A stretch of DNA of 64,000 nt from Lama guanicoe (lineage: Eukaryota): contig MU057350.1 in assembly GCA_013239625.1 (NCBI GenBank), positions 24,317,167-24,381,166 of the forward strand, read 5' to 3'. Shown here one piece after another: positions 26,702 through 39,508 of the stretch. The notes under the pieces are model-generated. The model had not been told where the DNA came from and searched no databases. It saw only the letters and a list, made by a program, of their open reading frames with translations. The stretch's first letter is position 1; the number at the start of each line of letters is the position of its first letter. The position numbers were made by a program, and so were the translations under genes.

Positions 26702-27611
26702 CAGTGATTCTCAGCATTATCTGCACATTCGACTCTCCTGGGGAACTTGTAAAGCCCCTAATGCCCAGGCCACACCCCCTACATTTAAATTAGAATCTCT
26801 GTTTCTGTACTCCAATGTTTATTGCTGCATTACTCACAAGAGCTTAGATATGGAAACAACCTAAGTGTCTGTCTACAAATGAATGAATAAAGAAGATGTG
26901 AAATAAATATAGATACAGATCTCATATATAAGACATATATGCATATGTGTGTATATATGGGCAATGTATACAGAGAGTATATTATACACTATTTTTATAT
27001 ATACATACAATATATCTTGTAATATTTTTCAGCCACAAGACAGTAGAAAATCCTGCCATTTGCAACAACATGGATAGACCTTGAGGGTATTATGCTAAGT
27101 GAAGTAAGTCAGATAGAGAAAGACAAATATTAAGATCTCACTTACATGCAGACTNNNNNNNNNNNNNNNNNNNNNNNNNNNNNNNNNNNNNNNNNNNNNN
27201 NNNNNNNNNNNNNNNNNNNNNNNNNNNNNNNNNNNNNNNNNNNNNNNNNNNNNNNNNNNNNNNNNNNNNNNNNNNNNNNNNNNNNNNNNNNNGCAGAGTG
27301 ACTACAATTAACAACACTGCATTGTGTACTTGAAAGTTGCTAAGACAGGAGATCTTAAATGTTCTCACCACAAACACACAAAAAAGGTGATGGAAGTGCT
27401 AACTAATCCTACTGTAATCATTTCACAATATATGTATGTATCTAAACATCATTTTGTACACCTTAAAATTACACAATGTTATATGTCAATTATATCTTTA
27501 AAAAAACTAGAAAAAATAAATTGTAATCACTGGGAGAGAGAACCCAGGTAGAAATCAGTATTTTTTTCTCAGTCTCCCCAGGCTATTCCAATGTGCAGCT
27601 GAGATTAAGAA
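26702..27611. mobile_element. MER5A-like hAT-Charlie MITE split by the L1 (halves about 26702-26800 and 27520-27611)
   Basis: Left half cagtgattctca...ctgcacattcgactctcctggggaact...atgcccaggccacacccc; right half ctccccaggctattccaatgtgcagctgagattaagaa. Confidence 0.75.
26801..27519 (+). mobile_element. L1 (L1MA-like) 3' end inserted in MER5A
   Basis: atggaaacaacctaagtgtc..., aaaatcctgccatttgcaacaacatggatagaccttgagggtattatgctaagtgaa, and 3'UTR gtacaccttaaaattacacaatgttatatgtcaattatatc. Confidence 0.9.
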
Positions 27612-28699
27612 GGAATGCTTCAAAATTTTTGCTCTATATTAGAGCAAAAAAAAAAAAAATACAGTACTTTAAAAAGAGTAAGATTAGAATATGCAAACTT
27701 CCATTTTAATATTTTTAATTTTCTCAATTTTTTGCTTTTCCAGCTAAGATCCTCTTAAAACACTTGCATGTCATCCTAAGTGGAAACTTCAGGCCCTGCT
27801 GACTGATCATTCTTAGCGACTCTGAAGCAAAGGTTTAGGAAAGCTGTCTCCATCACACACTCCTTCAGTACTGTATCCCTTTTTCAGAACACATTCATCT
27901 GAACTACATTTGGAGAACATAGTTTTACATTGGATTAATTTCAAGATCAACAAATGGAAAGGAGACAGACAGAGGGACTTTGGCCAATAGAGGAAATAAC
28001 TAAGTCCCCAGACTATATGACAAAGGAATATTTTTATAGACTGCCCAAGTATCTTGCATATTTGCTAATGCAATTATGAAAGCACACATTAAATACTGGG
28101 GCTACAATCAACTCAGGGTCAGAGTGGCTCCCACTGTCATGGTAAGTTGCCTAAGGAAGCATATTAATCTCTCAGGTCACTGTGAGAGCATGTGGATCAG
28201 TGACTGCAGGAAACACACTAATGAGACCCTTTACACTCCTTTCTGAAGTGTGTGAAGGCAGAAAGGCCAGATCCAGGCAACAGCCAAGGTCATATCTTTG
28301 GTATAACCCAGAGAACAAAATTTTAGTTTTATAATGTGACATACAAATATAACCACCAAAACTGTTTCATCCATTTATTTATTAACGTCTCTAGTGCACT
28401 GAAGGAGGTTTCCAAGTCAAACACGTTGTGATTGATTAGGGCAGACTTGACTTTAAAGAATTAAGTGTGCTTACTTATAATTCCAGAAAGTCTCTACTTT
28501 ATAATTCATGTTTTTATCATCAATGAGAATCACTGAGATCCAATTCTAATGCAAAAATATTTATCTCGACAGAGTTTGATTAAAGAAAACCAACACACAT
28601 CATCCTGAGCTCGGAATTCACATTAACTTTAAAGACCAGAAGAGAAGTGAACCAAAGAAAAGAAACCAACTTTTTATATGCTATAATATTTCATGTCAC

Positions 28700-28890
28700 G
28701 AAAGCAAAGCTACTAGATTTTAATTGTTCCAAAAACTAAAAAGAAATTGTTATGTGAGGTGATAGGGGAGCTAATTATCACTACAATAGCAATTGTATTA
28801 CAATATATAAATGCATCAAATCAACATGTTTTACGCATTAAATTTGCACAATGTTATGTGTCAAATGCACTTCAATTAAAAAAGAAAAAA
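28700..28890 (+). mobile_element. L1MA-like extreme 3' end
   Basis: atcaaatcaacatgttttacgcattaaatttgcacaatgttatgtgtcaaat followed by an A-tail. Confidence 0.7.
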
Positions 28891-29229
28891 GCAAAGCCAG
28901 AGCTTAAACTGAGGAACAAAAGTAGTACTCGGCTGTGAAGTGGTATTCCGAGCCATGTTCTTCCTGGCTGGGCGTAAGGGTAAGTATTACTGGTGGGTTG
29001 GCGGTGTTTTCAGACCTCATAACTTCCTACTGCTCTAATGTGGAATTTGTGAGAATCATATTAAGGTTTTGGCTAAAACTCCCTGAGAGTCACAGAGTTC
29101 AGGACTGGAAGGTGATCATGTCCAGACAGCAGCTGTGCCTTATATATTTCTGTATCCCCCACGGAAGCAGGCACACTATAGGTACTCAATAAATATTAGG
29201 TGATTGCACACACTTGTGGAATGACCGTC

Positions 29230-29500
29230 CCATATGGGGCAGACATCCTCTCAACGGCGTCTTTGACAGATGGGCATCTGGCATCTGCTTCCACGTCATC
29301 TATTGACAGATATCTAATGATCTCCTGAGGACATCCATTCCCTTACTCAGCCCCACTAATTGTTAGAAAACTCTGTCTGATGTTGAACTGAAACTTACTT
29401 TCATGGCCTGGTTCCCCACTGGCCTGAGCTCTGCCCTCTCCAACAACACAAAATGAGTCTTTGTAGTCTTTTACATGATATCTCTTTAACAATTTGAATA
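29230..29500 (-). mobile_element. L3/CR1 LINE relic
   Basis: ctaattgttagaaaactctgtctgatgttgaactgaaac...ccactggcctgagctctgccctct. Confidence 0.65.
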
Positions 29501-31249
29501 AATTGTTAAATTTGTTAAATTTTAATAAAATTGTTAAAGAGCTCTCCCTATATGAGGTTATCCTGGACTTTCTCTTCTGGGTATGGTTTAGATTGTTAAT
29601 ATTAACATTAATGCTTAACAGTGTCACGGACAAGAGATAACATTCCAGATATAAACTGAGAGTGATGCTCTTCCATCTTATAATCATGAGATGTGACACT
29701 GCGAATGCAAGTAAAGCAAAACTGTAAATGACTAAAACATATGTGTTTGCTTTCGTAGAGTATACTCAACAGTTTCTATCAAGCTTCTAGTTTGATTCAT
29801 TCCAAGTTTCATTTCTAAACCAGACATCTGATCATGTCACTTTATTGCCTAATATTTTTGATGGCTGCCACAATTTTCTTCCAATCAACAAAAATGTATT
29901 AAGTTCCTATCATGTTCCAGGAGCTATTCTATATCCTGAGGCACCAAATATGAGCAGAGAAACATGGTCCCTTCTCTCCTCAAGCTTATAGCATATGAAG
30001 ATGTGTCAAGAAAATCAGCAACCAACCAAGAAATACAACTTCAGATTAAAAAAAAAAAAAAGTAAAAATTGATTGGAAATGGAGGCCACATATTAGTCAG
30101 AACCACAGGGAAAGTCTCTGTGCGAAGGTGAAATTTAAGCTAAGACCTATTTGATGAAAATGCGCAAACCATCATCAAAGTAGCAGAAAGTACGTTTTTG
30201 CTCTCTCCAAACGAGCTTTTCGTCATCTGCAAATTTGAAACGCATTCCCTCAACTCGTTACCCAAAGCATTGGTTAAATAATGATGCCTTGGGCAGGGTC
30301 AAGAAGAAAGAAACTTCAGATAACTAGGAGTTTCCTTCTCCACTGTCTTGTAGCAATATCTGATTACAAGGGCTTTGCAAAACAAGTAATCCGCTTTCAG
30401 GATTTGCAAAGCAGGGCAGAATTCCTCCCCTACTAAGCTCCCATCAATAATAGAGGACACATTGCACTGCCTGCTGTGGGACTGTTTTCCTTTCCAGGCA
30501 AAGCCACCTACTGAGGACCAAAGGAACTTTAGATGAACACATTTCAATGTATTGACAATTGTAGCACCAGCCCCAGTGAGAGGTTCACAGCTTGGTTCTC
30601 AGCCCAATACAATTCAAACTTCCTTTCCCAGAGCAAGGGTGGATATGCCTTCCCTGTTCAACTAGCTTTCCTTGGTAGCACACTGTTGAGTTAGCAGATG
30701 AAGCCTGGGAGAGGCTGCACTGTCCATGTGTCTACCCAGAAGGGGCTTGAGGGCAGTATTCTGGAAAGGGGGCAATACGGATAATGCCTCCACATGGTTA
30801 TCACTTGGCCCTGCCACCAAACTTCCATGACCTGGAGAAAGCAAAAGCCTTATACATCTTTCTGTGTTCTCTGTTTGCAACGTATTATCTCCAAAGAAGG
30901 TACAATTTCCCCCTGCCTCTACTCTTAGCTAGAAAAGCATCCAGTAAATACTGAGCACAAATCTTCTATTCGGATTACAGTTGCCAAGCTGTTAAACACA
31001 CTTATTCACCCAAAGTCTATTTAGCCTACAGGTTTTCACACTTACATCACCCCCTACATACAGGACTGCTACTTATGATTACACAGATCATGCTTTGCAT
31101 GGCTCTATGGAACACCCCTGACATAAAGCCATTGTAGATTTGTTTAGACTTTGGGACCATTTTACAGAAAACGTAGTGTTCTGAGGAAAGGGAGTCTCAC
31201 TGTTAATGGTACAAAGACACTGGATGGACTATGTGGCTGTTTTATAAAC

Positions 31250-31820
31250 TCCAATGTAGGAAATGCCTTTCCAACATCTGAGCTACTCAAGGATATTCAG
31301 TGCAGTGCTGTTTGTAAAAGTGCAAAAAAAAAAAAAAAGTCCGTCATTTGGACCCCAAAGGTCTATCAGCAAGAGAATGGATAAATAAATGTGGTCTGGT
31401 CACATATCAGCATACCACAGATCCATTAAAAAATGAATTAAAACTAGAAGTATCAACATGGATAAATCTTGAAGAATGTAATGTTGAAAACAGCTATGCA
31501 GAGTGCGATACCATTGATATAAATAGTAAGATACACAAAACAATGTACAAATAGGTTATGGGTCCCTGTACTTTGTAGCAAAATGCACAGCTAGTGCACA
31601 AGTTGACACACATCATTTTTAGGATCAGGGTCATCCCAGGTGAGGGAAGGAAGAAAGGAGATTTGGGAAGGGCACAAAGGGGTTCCACCTGGGTCAATAG
31701 TATTTTATTTCTTTTTAATGTAAAATATATGTGGCAAAATATTAACATTTGTTAAATCTGGGTCACAGTTATGTGAGTACCTACATTTTTTTTTGTATGT
31801 TTGAAAAACATTTTTTTAAG
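31250..31820 (+). mobile_element. Old L1 (L1ME/MD-like) 3' end
   Basis: gaatggataaataaatgtggt..., gtatcaacatggataaatctt..., ggcaaaatattaacatttgttaaatctggg. Confidence 0.7.
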
Positions 31821-33779
31821 TGAAAGAGAAAGGAAGTGAAGCTCCATTTCCCCAAAGGAGCTACTATGTCTTTTCCCCTCTGATAATGAGATCTCTATTG
31901 TTCAGTGGCTTCCCAATTTTTCTTTTTTTAGCAACAGAGTCTTCCTTTCAAATGAAAATTTTTATGGATTCCTAATACAAACAACCAATGAAAGCTGAGG
32001 TGCCCCGGAGTCCTGATTTCTCACCTTCTCTCTATGCAATATAACAGTCCCCAAAGATATCTCCGCAGAACCCAGGGCTCCACAGTGCACACTCTGAGCG
32101 GTACTGATGTAACGAATGGTGCAGCTCTTTGGACCCAGATGCCAGAGAGCTATGCACCAGTTTTCAAGCTTTCTGTCAACATCCAAGGTCAGAGCATTTG
32201 CATTCTCCCTACCCTCCTATTTCTGGCTTACTAACTGATATTTCTTTTCATCAAGAACCTGAATGTAATAAAATGGACCATCTTCAAAAACTGACTAAAA
32301 TGAATACCTCTCCACAAGTTACACTGGCATTTAACTATCCTCCCTATCATTATTCTGAATGACAGAGATTTAAGTGTTTGTGTTATTCAAAAAAATATTT
32401 TTAAAGATAGAAATGCAAAACAAAGATGATTTTTTTTAAAGAAGTGAATCTCCCTTAAATAAAAGGAAAGCAATAAATGACTTGGCTTGAATGCAGTTAT
32501 CCATATTTATAAGAGAATCCAGGATCAGGAATGTCAAAAGCTAAAAAAAATAACTTGGACTTATTTGGGGGATCATTTCACAATATATACAAATACTGAA
32601 TCATTATATTGTACCCCTGAAACTAACATAACATTACATGTCAATTATGCCTCAACAGCAAGATTTTAAGGTAAAGAATAAGAAATGTCATATAAGCTTC
32701 CTTCAACTACTGACCAATACAAATATTCAATATGACATTTCTGTGACTAATAATGTATTGGTACAGAAAGCTAGTGAAGATATTTTAACTTCATTTTTGT
32801 GAACATTGTTAAGTTATAACATTTTACGTTAACATAAATTCATTTGTTCTGCCAAGGAGATCTGCTGCTATACTTAGGAAAATGTCACACTTTCTTAAAG
32901 ACGCCTACTCAGTAAAACACTGCAATTGACCGTTGTAATACATCAAAGTTCAAAATCATGTTTCCCAGAATATTCAACATAGCCCTATCATGTAAGTGTC
33001 GTCTGTCAAACATGAAACATGTTTGCAATAGTCAAACAGACATGGGTTTGCTATAGCTAAAGAAACAGTGATAACATTACCATTGAGTGGCTGGCTTCTA
33101 ATAAATGTCTGTATAATGAGAAAAATCACTTTGGGGTGAAATGACACACAGTAGTAGTAATAGACAATTACTTTATCAACCGAACTACGGCTACCTAGTG
33201 AGTTTAGTTTCAGAGACATCACAGGGTTAGAGTAGAGTGCTAGCTGCTGCTTTCTGGCCAGGAGCATGCACCCAGACATCACCAAGAAAGGCCCCACATT
33301 TTGACAAGAGCACCCTACCCAATCCTGGCTTCATACCAGGACAAAGAGTTGCCTGATCCCTGAAAAGCAAAATTAACTGTTCACCAGCTGCCCTGTCCTT
33401 GCTCCCTCTTTAAAGGAAACCGTCAGCCTCCTTCTGCAGCCACCATTGCACTCACTAAGTACTGGGGATGCCAACTGGGATGTGAAGATATTATGGAAGA
33501 GAAGACTGTGGGTTGGAAGGGGAGATTTCAGGGTGAGGCAGAGATTTAAGGGGAGGCAGAATGAGGCCAGACAGAGGAGGACAGATGACTACTGTGTCTG
33601 ATGGTGCTCAATTAAACCACTAAAATCATCTGCTTGCCTGAATAGGATCCTACCTTACTAACTGAGACCACAAAGAAACAACAATACGGATAAATTTTTA
33701 AAGTCTTTATTTCTAACACAAGTCAGCAGTTAAGCCATCTTTTAAAGCAGCCTATGATGTTATGTGAGGGAAGAGACAA

Positions 33780-34020
33780 ATGGAAAAAAATGTGGAAAAT
33801 TCAAAGAAGAATCACAGAAATGATTAAACGCACAGTGAAGTTCCATTAGGAAGGTTATACAGCCTAAAAAGCCCAGTGAAGAGAAATCGAAAACATGATT
33901 GGATAAGAGTAAAGGTTGATGAAACACCAAGATAGATGGATTACTGATGCCAGTCGAGATGTCCATCTCTAGAAATCCACAAGAAAAGAAGAGACAACCC
34001 TCAGGGTTAGAAGATTTAGT
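33780..34020 (+). mobile_element. Possible CR1/L3-like relic
   Basis: tggaaaattcaaagaagaatcacagaaatgattaaa resembles the CR1 RT C-terminal region (LExVQRRATKMI). Confidence 0.4.
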
Positions 34021-37000
34021 TACTCATCTGCACAAAATCAGATTGGATGACCAGCATTACAACCTTGTGATCAAAAATATGCAGAGGGCCTTGTATAGAC
34101 TCAGGCTATTGTTTAAGAATATTTAAAGATTAATTCCAGAATTTCCATCAGCCAATAAAGTCAACACATTGGCTCCAAGAGTGAATATAATACCAGTGTG
34201 AAGTGAACACACAAAGTCAATGCCCAGTTGATCCACAGGGCAAAGCTTGGATTCCAACAATATGCAATAGACTCTCTATTAGTCAGATAGTCAGGAAATG
34301 GAGTGCTCCAGCTAATCAAATATTTTTTGTTAATTGTTACCACATGCAGAAGGATTACAAATTTTTAAAGAATGAGAATAAATTAAAATACACTTAACAC
34401 TGAAACTAAACTGATTATAATTTAATCTTTCTCTAATTATTCAGAATGCGTTTCAGGGTCATCAGGAGAAGCATAAATTATCAGTGCTTGATGACTGTGC
34501 AGGAAGTCACAGTTTTTCTAAAATCCTGGTTAATAGATGCTGGGTAACAAAGAAATCACTGCATTCGTTATCATTTTTGGGGATTTATTGTGCCAGTCAT
34601 TTTGCTAGGATATGAAGGATATCATTAATCCTCACCAGAAATAAAACTTGACAGATGATGAACTGATATTCATTGAGTTAGAATAACTTGTCCAAGGTTA
34701 TACAACACGGAAGGGTGTCAGAGCCAGATTTTGAAGGCAGAACTGTATCTTTAAGGAATAGGCTCTTTCACTATGCCAAACAAGCAACTCCTTGTTATGT
34801 AAAAGTACTCAGAAAATTTGCTTCCTGTCTGTATAAAACTTACACACAGTCAGTGGGTCATACTGTTTGTTTTTCCAGACGTGCTGAAGAAGTTTTCAGA
34901 GCCGTTCTTGCAACCATGTATTCACGAGGGCAGCAAACTTTAGCCATGGAATTTTTTTTTTTTTAAACAAAAGGCCAACTGCTCATTCAAAGGGTCAAGA
35001 ACATAGCCTGAACATCTTTGGAAGAAAATATTTTAAGACGCTAAGTAAGCACAGCCTCAGCCACATAATGAAATAATTTACCAGCAAATGTATATACTTA
35101 ATACACATTAATTTGCTCATATTTTATTCAATGATCTAACTGTTGTGTTCTTCCACTTATTTTAAACTCTAAAACATATCTGACTTGCCTATTACTGGTA
35201 AAAGAACACGGTCATTTTAAATTATTTAAGATTTTAGGCTGGTTTATATCTATAAAATCAATAAATTCCACTTATTAGGGGAGAAAGAAGTTATTTCATG
35301 AACAGATGTGATACAATTCTTCTCCCATCATCTACTCTTTAGTCCTAAACTCACTCATGATTTCACCTGAGACACTTGGGGCTTCTTGTCCACCTGCTCA
35401 CAAATGCCAATTAGAATTCTTCAAGGCTCAGATGCCTTTTCTTCCTCCACCCATCATGATTTCACTAGTCTTTAAAGTAGGCAGTGATTCCTATAATGGA
35501 ACTTCACAAACAACGAGGAAATGCAGCTGAACTTTAGAAGGGCACAGAATCATCTCAGGCCACCGTACTGTTTCATTAGCTAATCTCATTCACACACAGG
35601 GACTCTGCAGTTCTGAGATGACCCTCGTCAAAGAGACTGGCCTTCCCCTCCCTCCTCTGTACACAGCAGTTCCAGATAAGCCTAAAGAATTACTTTCTAT
35701 TGCAAAAGAAACTATTTTCATCTCTAACACCTGGCTGATATTTTCATTGTATTGAAGAAAATGCTACCTTAACAGTAACTGGAGATAAAAGGAATCCTGA
35801 TTGGAGTTAAGTCTCTGCTCAAAAGTTCAGAATAGAAAAACAGGTTTGCTATACATGAAGTCTCTACACAGAATTACGGCAGGAAGGTAATTCTGAAATT
35901 TTATCCCTCCTTCTAATTCAGGATCCTGCCCAGAGACAAAAGTTTCATGCTCAAGGTAAATTTAAGAAAAGTTAAAATTACTGCACTGCCTAACTGAATT
36001 GAATTATGTGTTGATAGTGAAGCTTGAGAATCATACTTTACTGTCTTAAAACTTGATAGATTAGGTGGTGCTTGCCATGATCGTGTTTTGAAAGGTGATT
36101 TCACTGCTCGTGATTGTAACTGTGGTGAAGTTGTTCAGCTAGAATTTTACTCTCATGCTTTGAACTGATTTGTTCACTCAACTTCCTCTCTGAGATTTTA
36201 TTCCCTCCACAGTAACTTTGTTAAATTTGAATCTGAGGTGACCCTTCTGACTTGGAACTCCAAGGCATAACTTTCTCAGGGGAAAAAAAAAAGTAAGATT
36301 CATTTTCAATATGAATGAATCAAAGAGGAAACACCCAGATTGAAGGTCAAGAAAATGTTACCTGGAAACTGAATCAATATCAATAGAAACAGTTCATTGA
36401 AGAGCAAGGTCTAATTTTATGTCCGGGTAAAAAAGGTGTTCACATTTCAAATTAAGTGGCTGGATGAGAAGAATGAAGAAAGTTTTTTTTTTAAAAGAAG
36501 ACTATTAATTATAATTCCTTAGATTTAATTTTATAGCCTAAGAAATTATCAAGAGTTCTAATAATATGCTCCTTGACATACCTGCCTAGAAAGAATATTT
36601 AAAGGATCACATAATTCTTAAACTGGAAGGATCCCAAAAGAATAACTAGTTTAACCTTTTTATTTTTAAATGAAGAAACTGAGGCACAGAGAGGTTAAGT
36701 GCATATTTAGAAAGAAGGTTAAAACACTTCAGCGCAGATTTCAATTATTGGCACAGCAAACCCAAGTTTAACAACCATTCATAGTACTGATGCATAAAAA
36801 TTATTCTCAAAATAAGTAAAAATAATCTACCATTTATTTACAAAACTTTAAAAAGCAAAGCGGTGTTATAAATCTAATATTTCATTGAAATTCCTGGGAG
36901 AAATTCCATTTTCCTGCCCATCTAGACTCAGATCTCCCAGTCACCCATTAAACATTTACTGAGCACTTACTGAATGCTAAGTATAGAGCTTGAAACTCCA

Positions 37001-38024
37001 AAACTGCATTCTAGTCAGAATTTTGTCTGTAAAAAATGGGGAATAAAATCTTACTACACATTGTTCCTGCTTATGAGTGCTTATACATTTTAATAACTTC
37101 CATTTTCTCCTAAAATGGTTTACTCACTTCCTTTCAAGGAATATCAAGAATCAAAGTGTGTCTCAAGTTCCATTTATTCAATTGTCTTACTCAGCAAGAA
37201 CTGAATTGTGACAGGGCCACAGTTGTGCAAGGATCCCACGAGCAGTGATGGCATCTATTTTTAATGTTTTATTCATAATATTGTTGATTTTCTTCTATAC
37301 AGTGTCAGCCTCACTATTGAAAAAATAATCTAGGATGTAGTTAACCAGTAATTTACCCAATTACAAGCCTGGGAAAGCTGTTAGAAACAGTATTTATATC
37401 ACTGTAGAGTGAATGTCCACCCTAAGTGATGTTGAAGCTATAAGTAGGGAAGATAAGACCATAGAGAGGAAGGCCATAGAACTGGTGAGATGAACACGGC
37501 TTAAGGTCTAATTATCAACACTGCAAATCCAGAGGCATTTTTTCTTTAGTGCACCCAGAGCTAATCCCTACTGATGAACTCACAAGTCTTTGACTTACGA
37601 GATGTAATGTCAGTGTAATCATGTATAGTGGGGGATATCCTTTTCCAAAAGTTTCCTGAGTTTCTTGAGTAGTGAAGGCTAACCCCTGGCCATCCTCTTC
37701 TCCCCCTTCTCTCCTGAGCCCTCAGCTGTCCGACAGAATCCTTCTCAACACAGTTATCCAGGCACCCCCTGCCAATCACACTAAGATCAATTCTAGTAGC
37801 CTTGTTTCAAAGCAAATTCTTAGATAACTAAGAGGCCAGGTGGTGTCGGATTATTTTGGAGATCAGGAAATAACAGCTAATGTAGGCAGACACTCAAGTG
37901 AGGAGCCCTTCACCTGGGCCCTGGGGGAAAACCTGAGCCATCACCCTCCCTCAATTCCAATAGTCCTCTCAACACCTGAATATTCCAGCATTGCTCCCTC
38001 CTGGAACAGGTGAACAAAAGTCAT

Positions 38025-38367
38025 TATCTCTTCAAACTCCTGTTTCCATTTCCTTTGGATATATACCCAGAAGTAGAATTGCTGGATCATATGGTAGTTC
38101 TATTTTTAATTTTTCAAGAAACCACTATATTGTTTTCCATGGTGGCTAAAACAATTTGCATTCCTACCAATAGTGTACAAGAGTCCTCTTACCCCCAAAT
38201 CCTCCCAACACTTATCTCTTGTCTTCTTGATGATAGCCAAGAGATATGTGAACTCTTGTGTTTACTGCAGGAATATTCACAATAACCAAGATATGGAAAC
38301 AACCTAAGTGTCCATCAACAGATGATTAACAGGTCAACAGATGAATGAATAATAACGAAGTTGTGAG

Positions 38368-38398
<31 letters not shown>

Positions 38399-38882
38399 AT
38401 GGATTATTATTCTACAATGAGAAGAAGAAAAGGAAATCCTGCCATTTGCAACACCATGGATGAAACCTGAAGGCATTATGCTAAGTGAGAAGTCATAGAA
38501 ATACAAATATAGTACAAAATCACTCAAATGTAGAATCTAAAAAAGTCAAACTTATAAAACCTGAGAGTAGAATGGTGTTTACAAGAGGTTGGGGGTGGGA
38601 GGAGATGTTGTTTAAGGGTACAAACTGGGAACTAATAAATAGATAAGTAAGTTCTGGACAGCTAATGCTAATCACAATGTAGTCATTATAGTCAACAATA
38701 CGGTATTACAAACCTCAGAGATGCCAAAAGACTAGATCTTAATTGTTCCTACCACCAAAAAAAAATTGGAAATGTTAGTTCTGTAACATAATAGAGGTGT
38801 TAGCTAACACTAAGGTGGTAATGATATTATAATATATAAATGTTTCAAATCAACATGTTGTCATCAATTTCATTTAAAAAAA
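38025..38882. mobile_element. L1 (L1MA-like) 3' end with 5' inversion: 38025-38238 minus, 38239-38882 plus
   Basis: Two adjacent parts of L1 ORF2/3'UTR in opposite orientation, both meeting at the motif aagagata. Confidence 0.88.
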
Positions 38883-39489
38883 TCATCAAATCCTTCTTTT
38901 CCCCTTTTTCGAGATTCTATTGAATCCACTCTTTATATTGAAAAAATAGATTTTTTTTCAAATAAATTATACTTCCTTATTTTACAGGTCTCTATTATAG
39001 TTATAAAAATAGAATTGCATGTCTGTTTGCTGCTCTACACAAAAAAACTACTGGACAGATTGTCATAAAAATGGAGGGTGAGTTTGGAATCATGTAGTAA
39101 AAAATTTTTTAAAGGCTGTATAGCAGTCTTAAAATTCACTGGGCCTGGGGTGATGGGGGACCTTAAGTCATTATCCCCTCAAAGCAGTTAGGATTGAATT
39201 AAAAAGAAGCCCAAAGGAATGTCCATCTGCAGGGGCAGAGAGTGCGCACTAGAATGCTATGGAGAGAGGCGATAAAGAATGGTTTCCAATCAGGAAGCAC
39301 ATGGATAGATTCTCTGATTATGGCTGAGCTTTTTCTGACACGGACAGCTCCATGAAACCTGTTCCCACGAAGCAGATGCATCAGGTTCTATGTTTCTAAG
39401 AGGGTGTGCCTGCTGAATGGTGTATCTTCCTGATCACATCAACATGTCTCCCCTGGGTAAGCCTGGTGAAGTGGCTCAACTACAACAAC

Positions 39490-39508
39490 GTGTGTGTGTG
39501 TGTGTGTG
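39490..39508. repeat. (GT)n microsatellite
   Basis: About 9 GT units. Confidence 0.9.
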
